Shown here: positions 55,427 to 62,685 of the stretch, in pieces
How positions within the stretch are numbered: position 1 is the first letter of the stretch
Layout of the letters: each line of letters starts with the position of its first letter
IMG/VR virus record: IMGVR_UViG_3300032242_000480
Span: 1 to 62,685 of that record
Origin: a virus
Lineage: Duplodnaviria; Caudoviricetes
Direction: 5' to 3' (one strand)
Length of the DNA: 62,685 nt
Translations under genes and position numbers: made by a program
The notes under the pieces: model-generated
What the model was told of the DNA's origin: nothing
Seen by the model: only the letters and a program-made list of their open reading frames with translations
The model's database searches: none

Positions 55427-56863
55427 ATGGCACTCAACCAACTCATCATCGAAATCAGCCGCCTCCCTCTGGGTGTGGTGGCTGGCGCTTACAACAAGCA
55501 CAACAAAAACCCCCTGCCGGGGGCGACAAAGGCCGACTGCGTCCGCTGGCTTGCCGAGCGGGTCGATCAAGGCTCCCTCTTGATTTCCGAGGTCAAGGGC
55601 GCGGCCCCCGGCACTCTGGCTGTGGCCCCCGTGCTACCTGACCCTGCGACCATCGCCAAGGTGGATGCCGCTGGCTCCACTGCCAGCAAGGCGCATGATC
55701 TGGCAATGACTGCCATCGGTCGCGCAGATGTGCTGGCTGACACGATGGACGCCCAGATCAAGGCCAGCAAAGCCATCGACAAGGCCGTGCAAGCCCTCTC
55801 TGAGAAGGTCGGATCATTCACCGTTGACCCTGACCTGATCGCGCAGTCTGTCGCCACTGCTGTCGCCACTGAATTCGCACCGTTTAAACAAGCTGTCCGC
55901 GATGTCGGCGCTGAGGCTGTGATCGCCGACCTCTCCTCTGTCCATGTGGTCGGGCACAAGACATTTGCCGAGGTGTTCGGTATCCACATCGTGAACGCGA
56001 AGGGCCAACCGATGACCGTAGCCCTCTGGAATGACCCCGCCGCCCCGGCTGTTGATCCTGATTTCATCTGGACTGCCGACATCTTGCGTCACCTCGCGCT
56101 GTCTGATGCCACTGGTGAAAACGTTTGGTTCGGTGGTGAGAAGGGCACAGGCAAGTCTGAGACCGCCCGTCAATTCGCCGCCAAGACAGGCCGTGGGTTT
56201 AAACGTATCAACTTCCACAAGCACACCTGCGCTGAGGAATACTTGGGAGCAACTGGTCTCATCGATGGCAACACCCATTTTGAGCCACGCGACTTCCTGA
56301 CCGCCTACACCTCGCCCTCCACGGTGATTCTGTTGGATGAAATTACCAACGCCGATCCGGGTGAACTGGCCCCGCTCAACGGGTTTCTTGAACCCAACGC
56401 CGCTGTGTCATTCGGTGGTCAGGTCTGGCGCAAAGCCCCCGGTGTGCTGGTCTTTGCCGCTGATAACACCTTTGGCTCGGGTGATGATTCCGGTCGGTAC
56501 TCTGGAACCCGTGTTCAAAACGTGGCGCTGGTTGATCGATTCTCGCGGGTGATCCCCTTCACCTTCTTGCCCCAGCATGAGGAGGTCGCCGCCATCGTCA
56601 AGCGCACAGGGTGCCACACCGCGCTGGCTGAATACGTCCACTCTGTCATTCGCGCCGCCCGTGCGAAGGTCGAGCAAGCGGAAATTGTTGATGCCCCATC
56701 GATCCGCTCCATCATGGCCTTCATTCGGGCCTTGCAAGTCCTGACACCCCGTCAGGCATGGGAGACCGCTGTTGTCGCCCGTCAACCCTCTGAGTCCCAC
56801 GCTACCCTGCGCGGCCTGTATGAGGCTTACATCGATGAAACCGTCCTGATCAATAACCTGTGA
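55427..56863 (+). CDS. MoxR/CbbQ (CobS-like) AAA+ ATPase
   Basis: GEKGTGKS Walker A, ILLDEI Walker B, AADNTFGSG, ALVDRF, PSIR. Confidence 0.9.
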   Translation: MALNQLIIEISRLPLGVVAGAYNKHNKNPLPGATKADCVRWLAERVDQGSLLISEVKGAAPGTLAVAPVLPDPATIAKVDAAGSTASKAHDLAMTAIGRADVLADTMDAQIKASKAIDKAVQALSEKVGSFTVDPDLIAQSVATAVATEFAPFKQAVRDVGAEAVIADLSSVHVVGHKTFAEVFGIHIVNAKGQPMTVALWNDPAAPAVDPDFIWTADILRHLALSDATGENVWFGGEKGTGKSETARQFAAKTGRGFKRINFHKHTCAEEYLGATGLIDGNTHFEPRDFLTAYTSPSTVILLDEITNADPGELAPLNGFLEPNAAVSFGGQVWRKAPGVLVFAADNTFGSGDDSGRYSGTRVQNVALVDRFSRVIPFTFLPQHEEVAAIVKRTGCHTALAEYVHSVIRAARAKVEQAEIVDAPSIRSIMAFIRALQVLTPRQAWETAVVARQPSESHATLRGLYEAYIDETVLINNL

Positions 56864-56870
56864 GGTCAAC

Positions 56871-58412
56871 ATGAAGATTTACAAAGGCTATCAATTCAAG
56901 TCTGCCGTGGCAGAACTGATCTGCAAAATTGCCAAGGATGTGGGCCACACCGTCCGCATCAGGTGGGACTCTGGTATCACCACCGCTGGCATCAATCACT
57001 GGGGCGATGTCCACCTCGCTGATGTGGCAGATGACGCCGTGCTGACCCATGTTGATCTGGTCAAGTATGTCGGGTTTGGGGTGCATGAAATCCTCCACGC
57101 CAAGCACACCAATTTTGGCGTCATGTCATGCGACCGATACCTTGATCAACTGCACAACGCCGTAGAGGATGCATACATCGAGCGCGAAGGCATTGCCAAC
57201 GTGATGACTGGCAACATCGCCAACCTGCTGACCACGCTGGTGGACAACATGGTCGCCAAGGCTGTGGTCGAGGTGAAGGACTGGGCCGACCCCCGTCAAT
57301 ACCCCTTTGCGCTGGCGATCTACCTGCGTGATCACGCTGTCAACAAAGTGCCTTTGGCTGATGGGTTGGAGCCGATCTTTGCCGAGGCCAAGCGCCGCTT
57401 GGTTAACTGCAAGTCTTCCACCGATACGCTGGCTGTTGCCGAGTGGGTTCACAGCCAACTGAAAAACCTGCCCGAGAATCCCCCTCAGAAGCCTCAGAAC
57501 GGGTCTACAAGCCCCGATCAAGGTGAGGGTGAGGGTGCAGGTCAGGGTAACAAGCCCTCTGTTGGCCCTGCCCGCCGACCTGCTGATTTTGAGGAGGCCG
57601 CATCTGCCGAGCCAGAGAATGACGCACCCGCTGGCAAAGGTGGTTCGGGTTCCTACTCAGAGGATGCCACTGTCTGCAAGCCCGGAAGCCACTTGAAAAC
57701 CGCCGCTTGGATGAACAAGGACATTGTTATCCCCGCCCGTCTGCGGTATGAGGTCAAGCGTTTGTTTGATGATTCAGGCATCAATGACTTTCAGCGCAAC
57801 CGCCGTGCTGGGTCGGTCAACGTCCATGCATTGACCAGCGCAGGGTACAACGACAAGGTGTTTAAACGCCGCCATGATGTGGCGGGCATCGATACTTGCG
57901 TAGCGATCCTGTTGGACATTTCCGGATCGATGTTTGCTGACGGGGACTACAACGCTGAAACGCACATGAATCAGCGGATCACCACTGCCGTGCAGTCATG
58001 CATCGCCCTGCTGGAGACCTTGCAAAAGGCTCAGGTAGCGACAGCCGTGCTGACGTTCGGCGGTCGGGTCGCCGTGCAGAAAACCTTTGAGCAATCCACC
58101 TTGAAGGCAATCGAAGCCCTGCGCCGCGCCGATGATGATGGTTCGACCAACGATTACTTTGCTGTGCGCTATGCACACAAGTTGCTGTTGAATCGTCCTG
58201 AGCAACGCAAGATTTGCTTTGTCCTGACAGACGGTGATGGCTTTGTGTCCGAGTGCCACGATCAAGTCCTGACAGGCGAGCGGCTGGGTGTGACCACCAT
58301 CGGGCTGGGCATTGAGCATCAGGTGGGCCATGTCTACCCGCAAAACGCGACAGTCATTGACCTGCGCGATCTGGGCAGTGTGTCGTTTAAACAAATCAAG
58401 CTGGCCGCTTGA
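56871..58412 (+). CDS. vWA-domain protein with N-terminal HExxH region (CobT-like partner)
   Basis: HEILH..., NAVEDAYIE; MIDAS LLDISGSM, STND, LTDG. Confidence 0.88.
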   Translation: MKIYKGYQFKSAVAELICKIAKDVGHTVRIRWDSGITTAGINHWGDVHLADVADDAVLTHVDLVKYVGFGVHEILHAKHTNFGVMSCDRYLDQLHNAVEDAYIEREGIANVMTGNIANLLTTLVDNMVAKAVVEVKDWADPRQYPFALAIYLRDHAVNKVPLADGLEPIFAEAKRRLVNCKSSTDTLAVAEWVHSQLKNLPENPPQKPQNGSTSPDQGEGEGAGQGNKPSVGPARRPADFEEAASAEPENDAPAGKGGSGSYSEDATVCKPGSHLKTAAWMNKDIVIPARLRYEVKRLFDDSGINDFQRNRRAGSVNVHALTSAGYNDKVFKRRHDVAGIDTCVAILLDISGSMFADGDYNAETHMNQRITTAVQSCIALLETLQKAQVATAVLTFGGRVAVQKTFEQSTLKAIEALRRADDDGSTNDYFAVRYAHKLLLNRPEQRKICFVLTDGDGFVSECHDQVLTGERLGVTTIGLGIEHQVGHVYPQNATVIDLRDLGSVSFKQIKLAA

Positions 58413-58418
58413 TACAAC

Positions 58419-58439
58419 CCGCCCCCTCGGGGGCTTTTT
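58419..58439 (+). terminator. Intrinsic terminator
   Basis: GCCCC-CTCG-GGGGC-TTTTT. Confidence 0.65.
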
Positions 58440-58452
58440 AAGGAGAACTGAA

Positions 58453-58686
58453 ATGAACACCGCAGAAAAATTTGCCTGTGACGAGTGGCTGTCCACCTAT
58501 CCGGATGATGCCAGTTACGATGAGGTGATCGACATGATCCATGATGATGACGAGCGGGTCATGGCATGGGCCATTGACGCAACGATGGGTTATGAAATTG
58601 TGGAGCGCATCGACTGCACAAGGATGCACTTTGAGGCTGTTGTTGACAAACTGATGACCGTACCCTCGGAGGCTCCCCATGCATGA
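58453..58686 (+). CDS. Acidic hypothetical protein
   Basis: SD AAGGAG. Confidence 0.7.
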   Translation: MNTAEKFACDEWLSTYPDDASYDEVIDMIHDDDERVMAWAIDATMGYEIVERIDCTRMHFEAVVDKLMTVPSEAPHA

Positions 58687-58921
58687 GCAACTGATCAACA
58701 CCCTGCGCGGCGCTGGTTGGATCGTTACCCTGTTTGACATCGGCATTGACGAGGCTTGCCTTGTCCTTGCTGTCAAAGCCACCGTCAACGATCTGTTTTA
58801 TCTGGGCCGCGAATGCGCCGCGATGGATGTGGGCGCAGTGTTCTACAACCCCGGCGACAAGCTGGCCTATTTCCCCGCTATGGTCGCTGACGCAGAAGAT
58901 TTCAAGCTGGTGATGGCATGA
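58679..58921 (+). CDS. Hypothetical protein
   Basis: SD GGAGG. Confidence 0.7.
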   Translation: MHEQLINTLRGAGWIVTLFDIGIDEACLVLAVKATVNDLFYLGRECAAMDVGAVFYNPGDKLAYFPAMVADAEDFKLVMA

Positions 58922-59145
58922 GGGAAATCAAAGCCATCACCCACCACCATCCCGTCTTCTTGAAGGAGGCATACAAGTATGAAAGGATCAAGCTGTTCAG
59001 CGATGATCGGTTCTTCCGCAAAGGGGATCGATACATCAAATTCAATCCAAGCACCCTGCGGTTTTGCGTTTACACGCACACGGGTAAGATGCCAAATCTT
59101 GCAGGGTCATTCGACAATATTCTGTCCGCAATGTTCAACACTTGA
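58918..59145 (+). CDS. Hypothetical protein
   Basis: ATGA overlap. Confidence 0.65.
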   Translation: MREIKAITHHHPVFLKEAYKYERIKLFSDDRFFRKGDRYIKFNPSTLRFCVYTHTGKMPNLAGSFDNILSAMFNT

Positions 59146-59154
59146 AAGCAAACC

Positions 59155-59343
59155 ATGATCACCACAACCGAATTTTTTCTTTTCATTGGCTGGGTACTGG
59201 CTATCGTCTGGGGGTTCCACTGGAAATCCGAAGCAAAGAAGTCTCACCGCCTGATCATTGAAATGTTTGAGAACGACACCATGAGGGAGCGCATCGTGAA
59301 AGACTTCCAACTGTTCAAAAAATCCATCATCAAAGATGTGTAA
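59155..59343 (+). CDS. Small membrane-anchored protein
   Basis: N-terminal TM. Confidence 0.7.
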   Translation: MITTTEFFLFIGWVLAIVWGFHWKSEAKKSHRLIIEMFENDTMRERIVKDFQLFKKSIIKDV

Positions 59344-59372
59344 AAAGAAAGGGGGCGCAAGCCCCCTTTCTT
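59342..59372. terminator. Bidirectional terminator between convergent blocks
   Basis: AAGAAAGGGGGC-GCAA-GCCCCCTTTCTT. Confidence 0.85.
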
Positions 59373-59485
59373 GTTGACCCCGTCAGGATGGAAAGTATCA
59401 CCCCCGGCCAACTGATGCGGTTATCCTTCTCCAAGCCACTCACACCTTACGCTCGGGCGGGGCCAATCAACCCCGCCAACCCAAG

Positions 59486-61183
59486 TCAAAAACTGTCCAG
59501 ATTCTCCGTGTAGACACCCGCTGTCTTGTTGTACAGGAGAGTCGTTTCCCCCTGCGTACCGACCCATCGGTATCGGCACTTCCACACAGCAATCTCCACC
59601 ACTGCGCCCTGTCCCCTGTGTACAGTCACGCCGCAGTCGGCCTTAGCCCACCACGCCATCGATCCACTGATCGACATCCCGTCTGGTCGCGGCTGTTCAT
59701 TGCCTGATCGGCTCATCTTGGAAGGATGGGCCACGAACCATGTATGCACATCGTTCGCCATGCAAAACTTCCTCACCTTGGTCAGCATATTGCTGATCGC
59801 CTCTGTCTCTGTTGAATCCTTCTTGTCCATGTCAATGTAGTTGTACGGGTCAATCACCATGCCCCGCACACCCATGCGTTTGACTGCGGCCCGTGCCCTC
59901 TCAAGGATTGAATCCAACGTGCTGGGTTCCTCGCCGTTTGAATCGATGAACAGGAAATGATCCTGCACCCATTTAAACGCTTGCTCTTTCTCTGCCTCGG
60001 CCATCCTGTCGCGCCCGTCAAAGAACCGTTTGCCCATGTAGATTTCCATGAGTCGGGTGATGTGTATCTCAGGCTGGTTTTCAAATGAGCAGATGGCAAA
60101 CTTCCAATCCGACCCCTTTGCGAGGTTGACCATGATTTGATCCACGAAGTTAGACTTACCCGAAGATGGGTATCCGGTGACCACCGACAACTGACCGGGG
60201 GCCACCGTGTAAATCTCATCCACTGTCGGGTAACCGGTGGACATTCCTTTGCCGGTGCCCTGTTTAAACAGATCATTGATCCGGTCGCGGTATACCTCGG
60301 GGTCGCTCAATCCGCTGATGGGATAGGGCTGCGCTCGGTCGAGGATGTCTTGGATGCTTTCCTGAGAAGGGTCATCGCTTGTGTGAACCTCGTTCAGGTC
60401 TTTCTTGTCAAACTTTGCGAGTCGGCATTTGTCTTTGCCGATTCGCCTTGCAAGTTCTTCTGCGAGCGCCTGACCGGGAGCGTCCTGATCGGTGGCAAGG
60501 ATGACGTAGGGAGCGGCTTCTAGAATTTCCCGTGCGTTCCAAACAAAGGCAAACTTCTTGTCCTCAGAGGGGAGAACCTTTCCATCTGCGACCTTGACCG
60601 GAGCGCCGCCGGGTACTGACACGATGTTGTTTAAACCTACTTGAAGCCCGGTCAGGTAGTCCATCTCACCTTCTACGATGATGAGGGGCTGGCCCTTCTC
60701 TACATTCTCGATGCCGAAGAAGTCGTGCGCTCCTCCTGCCTCCTGTGTAAAGTCCTTACCGTCAATGGATCGGTACTTGGCCGCGACCAGTGCGCCGTTG
60801 CGGTAGTAGGGGAAGCCGATGGCCTCGGTCTCCTTGTCCAGTTTGTGAAACCATTTTCGGGCTGAGAAAAGTTTTGCTCGGTCGGCAGTCTCGGATGAGA
60901 TGCCACGGGTTGCAAGGAATGCGTAATGCTCTGGGCGCAGGGCATTGTTGAGAATGATGGGGTTGGGTACGGCAGACAAAGTTGTCCTCTTGATTTCTTG
61001 TTTGTGTGGTTGAACTGAGCCGTTGGCAGAGCAGTGGTGGCAGTGATACACCACCGCTCCGTCCGACTTGCGGGTAAGGGTCATGTCCTTGATGTTCTTC
61101 TTTCTGCGCTCGGGCAGACAGAAGGGGCAGACAACCCTCGTTGTCTCATCGAATGAGACTGAGGATATGACGGCGTCAATCAT
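59486..61183 (-). CDS. T7 gp4/Twinkle-like primase-helicase
   Basis: Zinc finger CPFC..CHHC; TOPRIM VEGEMD and DQD; SF4 helicase TGYPSSGKS, VIDPYN, VAHP, ISGS. Confidence 0.93.
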   Translation of the reverse strand: MIDAVISSVSFDETTRVVCPFCLPERRKKNIKDMTLTRKSDGAVVYHCHHCSANGSVQPHKQEIKRTTLSAVPNPIILNNALRPEHYAFLATRGISSETADRAKLFSARKWFHKLDKETEAIGFPYYRNGALVAAKYRSIDGKDFTQEAGGAHDFFGIENVEKGQPLIIVEGEMDYLTGLQVGLNNIVSVPGGAPVKVADGKVLPSEDKKFAFVWNAREILEAAPYVILATDQDAPGQALAEELARRIGKDKCRLAKFDKKDLNEVHTSDDPSQESIQDILDRAQPYPISGLSDPEVYRDRINDLFKQGTGKGMSTGYPTVDEIYTVAPGQLSVVTGYPSSGKSNFVDQIMVNLAKGSDWKFAICSFENQPEIHITRLMEIYMGKRFFDGRDRMAEAEKEQAFKWVQDHFLFIDSNGEEPSTLDSILERARAAVKRMGVRGMVIDPYNYIDMDKKDSTETEAISNMLTKVRKFCMANDVHTWFVAHPSKMSRSGNEQPRPDGMSISGSMAWWAKADCGVTVHRGQGAVVEIAVWKCRYRWVGTQGETTLLYNKTAGVYTENLDSF

Positions 61184-61419
61184 TTCATCGAGCCGTCCGA
61201 GTTTCTTTTAAACGATCTGTTCTTGGATGGGGATTCCAGTTTGATACCAGTTGCATTTGACCCTCCCTTGCTCAGAGCTTTAACGTGGGCCACATCTTTC
61301 CCGGTTCGATCCACACCCTTTGCATCCAGCTTTCGTCTGGCGCGTTGGCGCTCCATTCGGTTTTCATGTTCTCCACGGGCTTTTTGGAGTTTGTAATCTT
61401 GTTTGTAATCACGGGGCAT
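61180..61419 (-). CDS. Small HNH-like protein
   Basis: RARRKL....GKDVAHVKALSKGGSN....SKNRS. Confidence 0.7.
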   Translation of the reverse strand: MPRDYKQDYKLQKARGEHENRMERQRARRKLDAKGVDRTGKDVAHVKALSKGGSNATGIKLESPSKNRSFKRNSDGSMK

Positions 61420-62143
61420 GGGTGTACTCAAGGTTAAATTTTGGGGCGGATGAACCGAAGACAGCAAAGCTGATCGCGGCTCCGTATCTGGTGTAGCAGA
61501 TGAGCAAACAGGTCATCTCTCCAGCAATACTGTACTGAGGATTGACCACGATGTCACCCAATTCCTGACCATTTAACAGGCTCAAATCGCTTTGCTCAAC
61601 CAGCTTGCATTCCCATGTGGGGAGGACACTCAATGTGCCACCGTCTTGGAATGCAATGCAAACATTTGATCCGTTTAAACCAATGTCAATGATGGTTCTG
61701 TTTGCGATGGTTTTGAAAACGTCAATGTTTGTTTTGATTCTTGAGCTTTCCAAAGTTGATGGGTTGGGCTGGCTGGCCCACGGTTTAGGGTTTACGATGG
61801 TTCCGGTTAGAGACCCACTGCTTGGTTGAACCGGGTTTGTCTTTTGAATAAGACCAGACTTGGTTGCCATCTGCGCCGCAGCAATTTTTCTCTGTATATC
61901 AGCGTCTATAGCGGATTGCCCCGCCATGTGCATCTCCATGTCTCTTTTCAACGCCGCCATCTTGTCTCTGACAACCCAGTCCATCAGGTCTGCCTTATCC
62001 TGATCTGCGGGGTCAACGGCAACAATCATTTTGTCGGTGTTGATGTCGTACTGAGCGGGCGTTTTGCAAGCTGACTTATCCCATTTTTGCCAGTCTTCCC
62101 ACTGCTCTTTCGTCAGAGCCAATGTTGTTTTTTGAATTGCCAC
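61409..62143 (-). CDS. Hypothetical protein
   Basis: SD AGGAG before GTG; 244 aa. Confidence 0.7.
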   Translation of the reverse strand: MAIQKTTLALTKEQWEDWQKWDKSACKTPAQYDINTDKMIVAVDPADQDKADLMDWVVRDKMAALKRDMEMHMAGQSAIDADIQRKIAAAQMATKSGLIQKTNPVQPSSGSLTGTIVNPKPWASQPNPSTLESSRIKTNIDVFKTIANRTIIDIGLNGSNVCIAFQDGGTLSVLPTWECKLVEQSDLSLLNGQELGDIVVNPQYSIAGEMTCLLICYTRYGAAISFAVFGSSAPKFNLEYTHAP

Positions 62144-62164
62144 TTTCTTTCTCCTGTTTAAATG

Positions 62165-62190
62165 AAAAAGGGACTCCGAAGAGTCCCCTG
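62165..62190 (-). terminator. Intrinsic terminator
   Basis: Minus strand GGGACT-CTTCGG-AGTCCC-TTTTT. Confidence 0.7.
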
Positions 62191-62191
62191 C

Positions 62192-62407
62192 TTACTCGCT
62201 CAAGTCGAGTTCGTTTTGGTCTGCGTCCCGGACGCTTTCGACCTTTGTTCCTTGGCTGATCAGGTCAACCAATTCATCCTGTCCGGCGACCCGAACATTG
62301 AAGGTTGTCTGCGCAGCATGAGACAAAGCCTGAGCGCGGCTCTTGGCCCGCACCAGTCTTGCTTCAGTCCCGTGATACACAGCATAAATTCTTTCACTCA
62401 TCTTCAT
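62192..62407 (-). CDS. Small hypothetical protein
   Basis: SD AAGGAG; RLVRA.S.AQALSH.A. Confidence 0.75.
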   Translation of the reverse strand: MKMSERIYAVYHGTEARLVRAKSRAQALSHAAQTTFNVRVAGQDELVDLISQGTKVESVRDADQNELDLSE

Positions 62408-62419
62408 TCTCCTTGTTGG

Positions 62420-62685
62420 TTGTCAAAAGAGGGACAACCTTCCTCTTATCCCTGTAGAACCCCTTATGATTTCTGGTGGATGTTTGAACAAAGCACAGCC
62501 TTACCGTGGTCAAAACCAACAGTTCGCTCTGTGCCATGATTTCCGGAGCCACGCCATCACATCACACTACCTCAGACTTCTTCCACCGCCGCGCTCTAAG
62601 GATTCGCCCACGCTCCCTGCTTTGGCTTGCTCATGTAACAGGGTTGTTTAAGAAGCCACCATCGACGTACCGCATGGATTCCGAG
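62420..62685 (-). ncRNA. Candidate large structured RNA spanning the circular junction (continues to about 145)
   Basis: No credible ORF; nested stems and a pseudoknot (see findings). Confidence 0.4.
62563..62685. repeat. Terminal direct repeat, copy 2
   Basis: Identical to 1-123. Confidence 0.95.

Noticed and set aside
55427-58412. cobS/cobT as cobalamin-synthesis auxiliary metabolic genes
   Set aside because: There is no cobN or other cob gene. A generic MoxR-vWA pair explains the motifs.
62563-62685. 123-bp terminal repeat as the physical phage DTR
   Set aside because: It cuts through a continuous non-coding element and has the size of an assembler k-mer overlap. It shows circularity, not real termini.
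1-62685. Stop-codon reassignment, introns or inteins in core genes, and lysogeny module
   Set aside because: Code-11 ORFs tile the genome densely. TerL, portal, capsid and helicase are uninterrupted and of normal size. No integrase, ParA or CI/Cro pair was recognised.

Overview
The window is an apparently complete, circularly assembled dsDNA tailed-phage genome. The first 123 nt repeat exactly at 62563-62685, giving a unique length of about 62,562 bp. The architecture is podovirus-like: no tape-measure or sheath genes, plus ejection proteins and a nozzle-like protein. The host is Gram-negative, as shown by nested Rz/Rz1 spanins. Layout: (1) an RNA-rich locus across the assembly junction (62410-970) with tRNA-Met(CAT); (2) a rightward recombination/accessory operon (1425-9338) with a Cas4-like exonuclease, Sak, SSB-like protein, an Acb2/Tad1-like protein, glutaredoxin and many small ORFs; (3) a long leftward virion/lysis arm (53169 to 9322) with TerS, a LexA-like wHTH, TerL, portal, GroES-like protein, scaffold, Mu-gpT-type capsid, small basic proteins, adaptors, twin tail-fibre paralogues, lysis genes, ejection proteins and a 2716-aa polyvalent protein; (4) a rightward early block (53812-59343) with SprT-like, MoxR-type AAA+ and vWA genes; (5) a leftward primase-helicase block. 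I recognise no DNA polymerase, integrase, reverse transcriptase or CRISPR array. The most striking unexplained signals are: a shared peptide code in virion proteins (a conserved ~20-aa N-terminal leader and a recurring [YFML]xxGG motif); at least 30 copies of the palindrome GTTTAAAC; a DnaA-box cluster in a polymerase-less genome; several structured-RNA candidates; and identical DNA 'hinges' between two tail-fibre genes. All protein calls come from motif recognition by eye, with no database searches.
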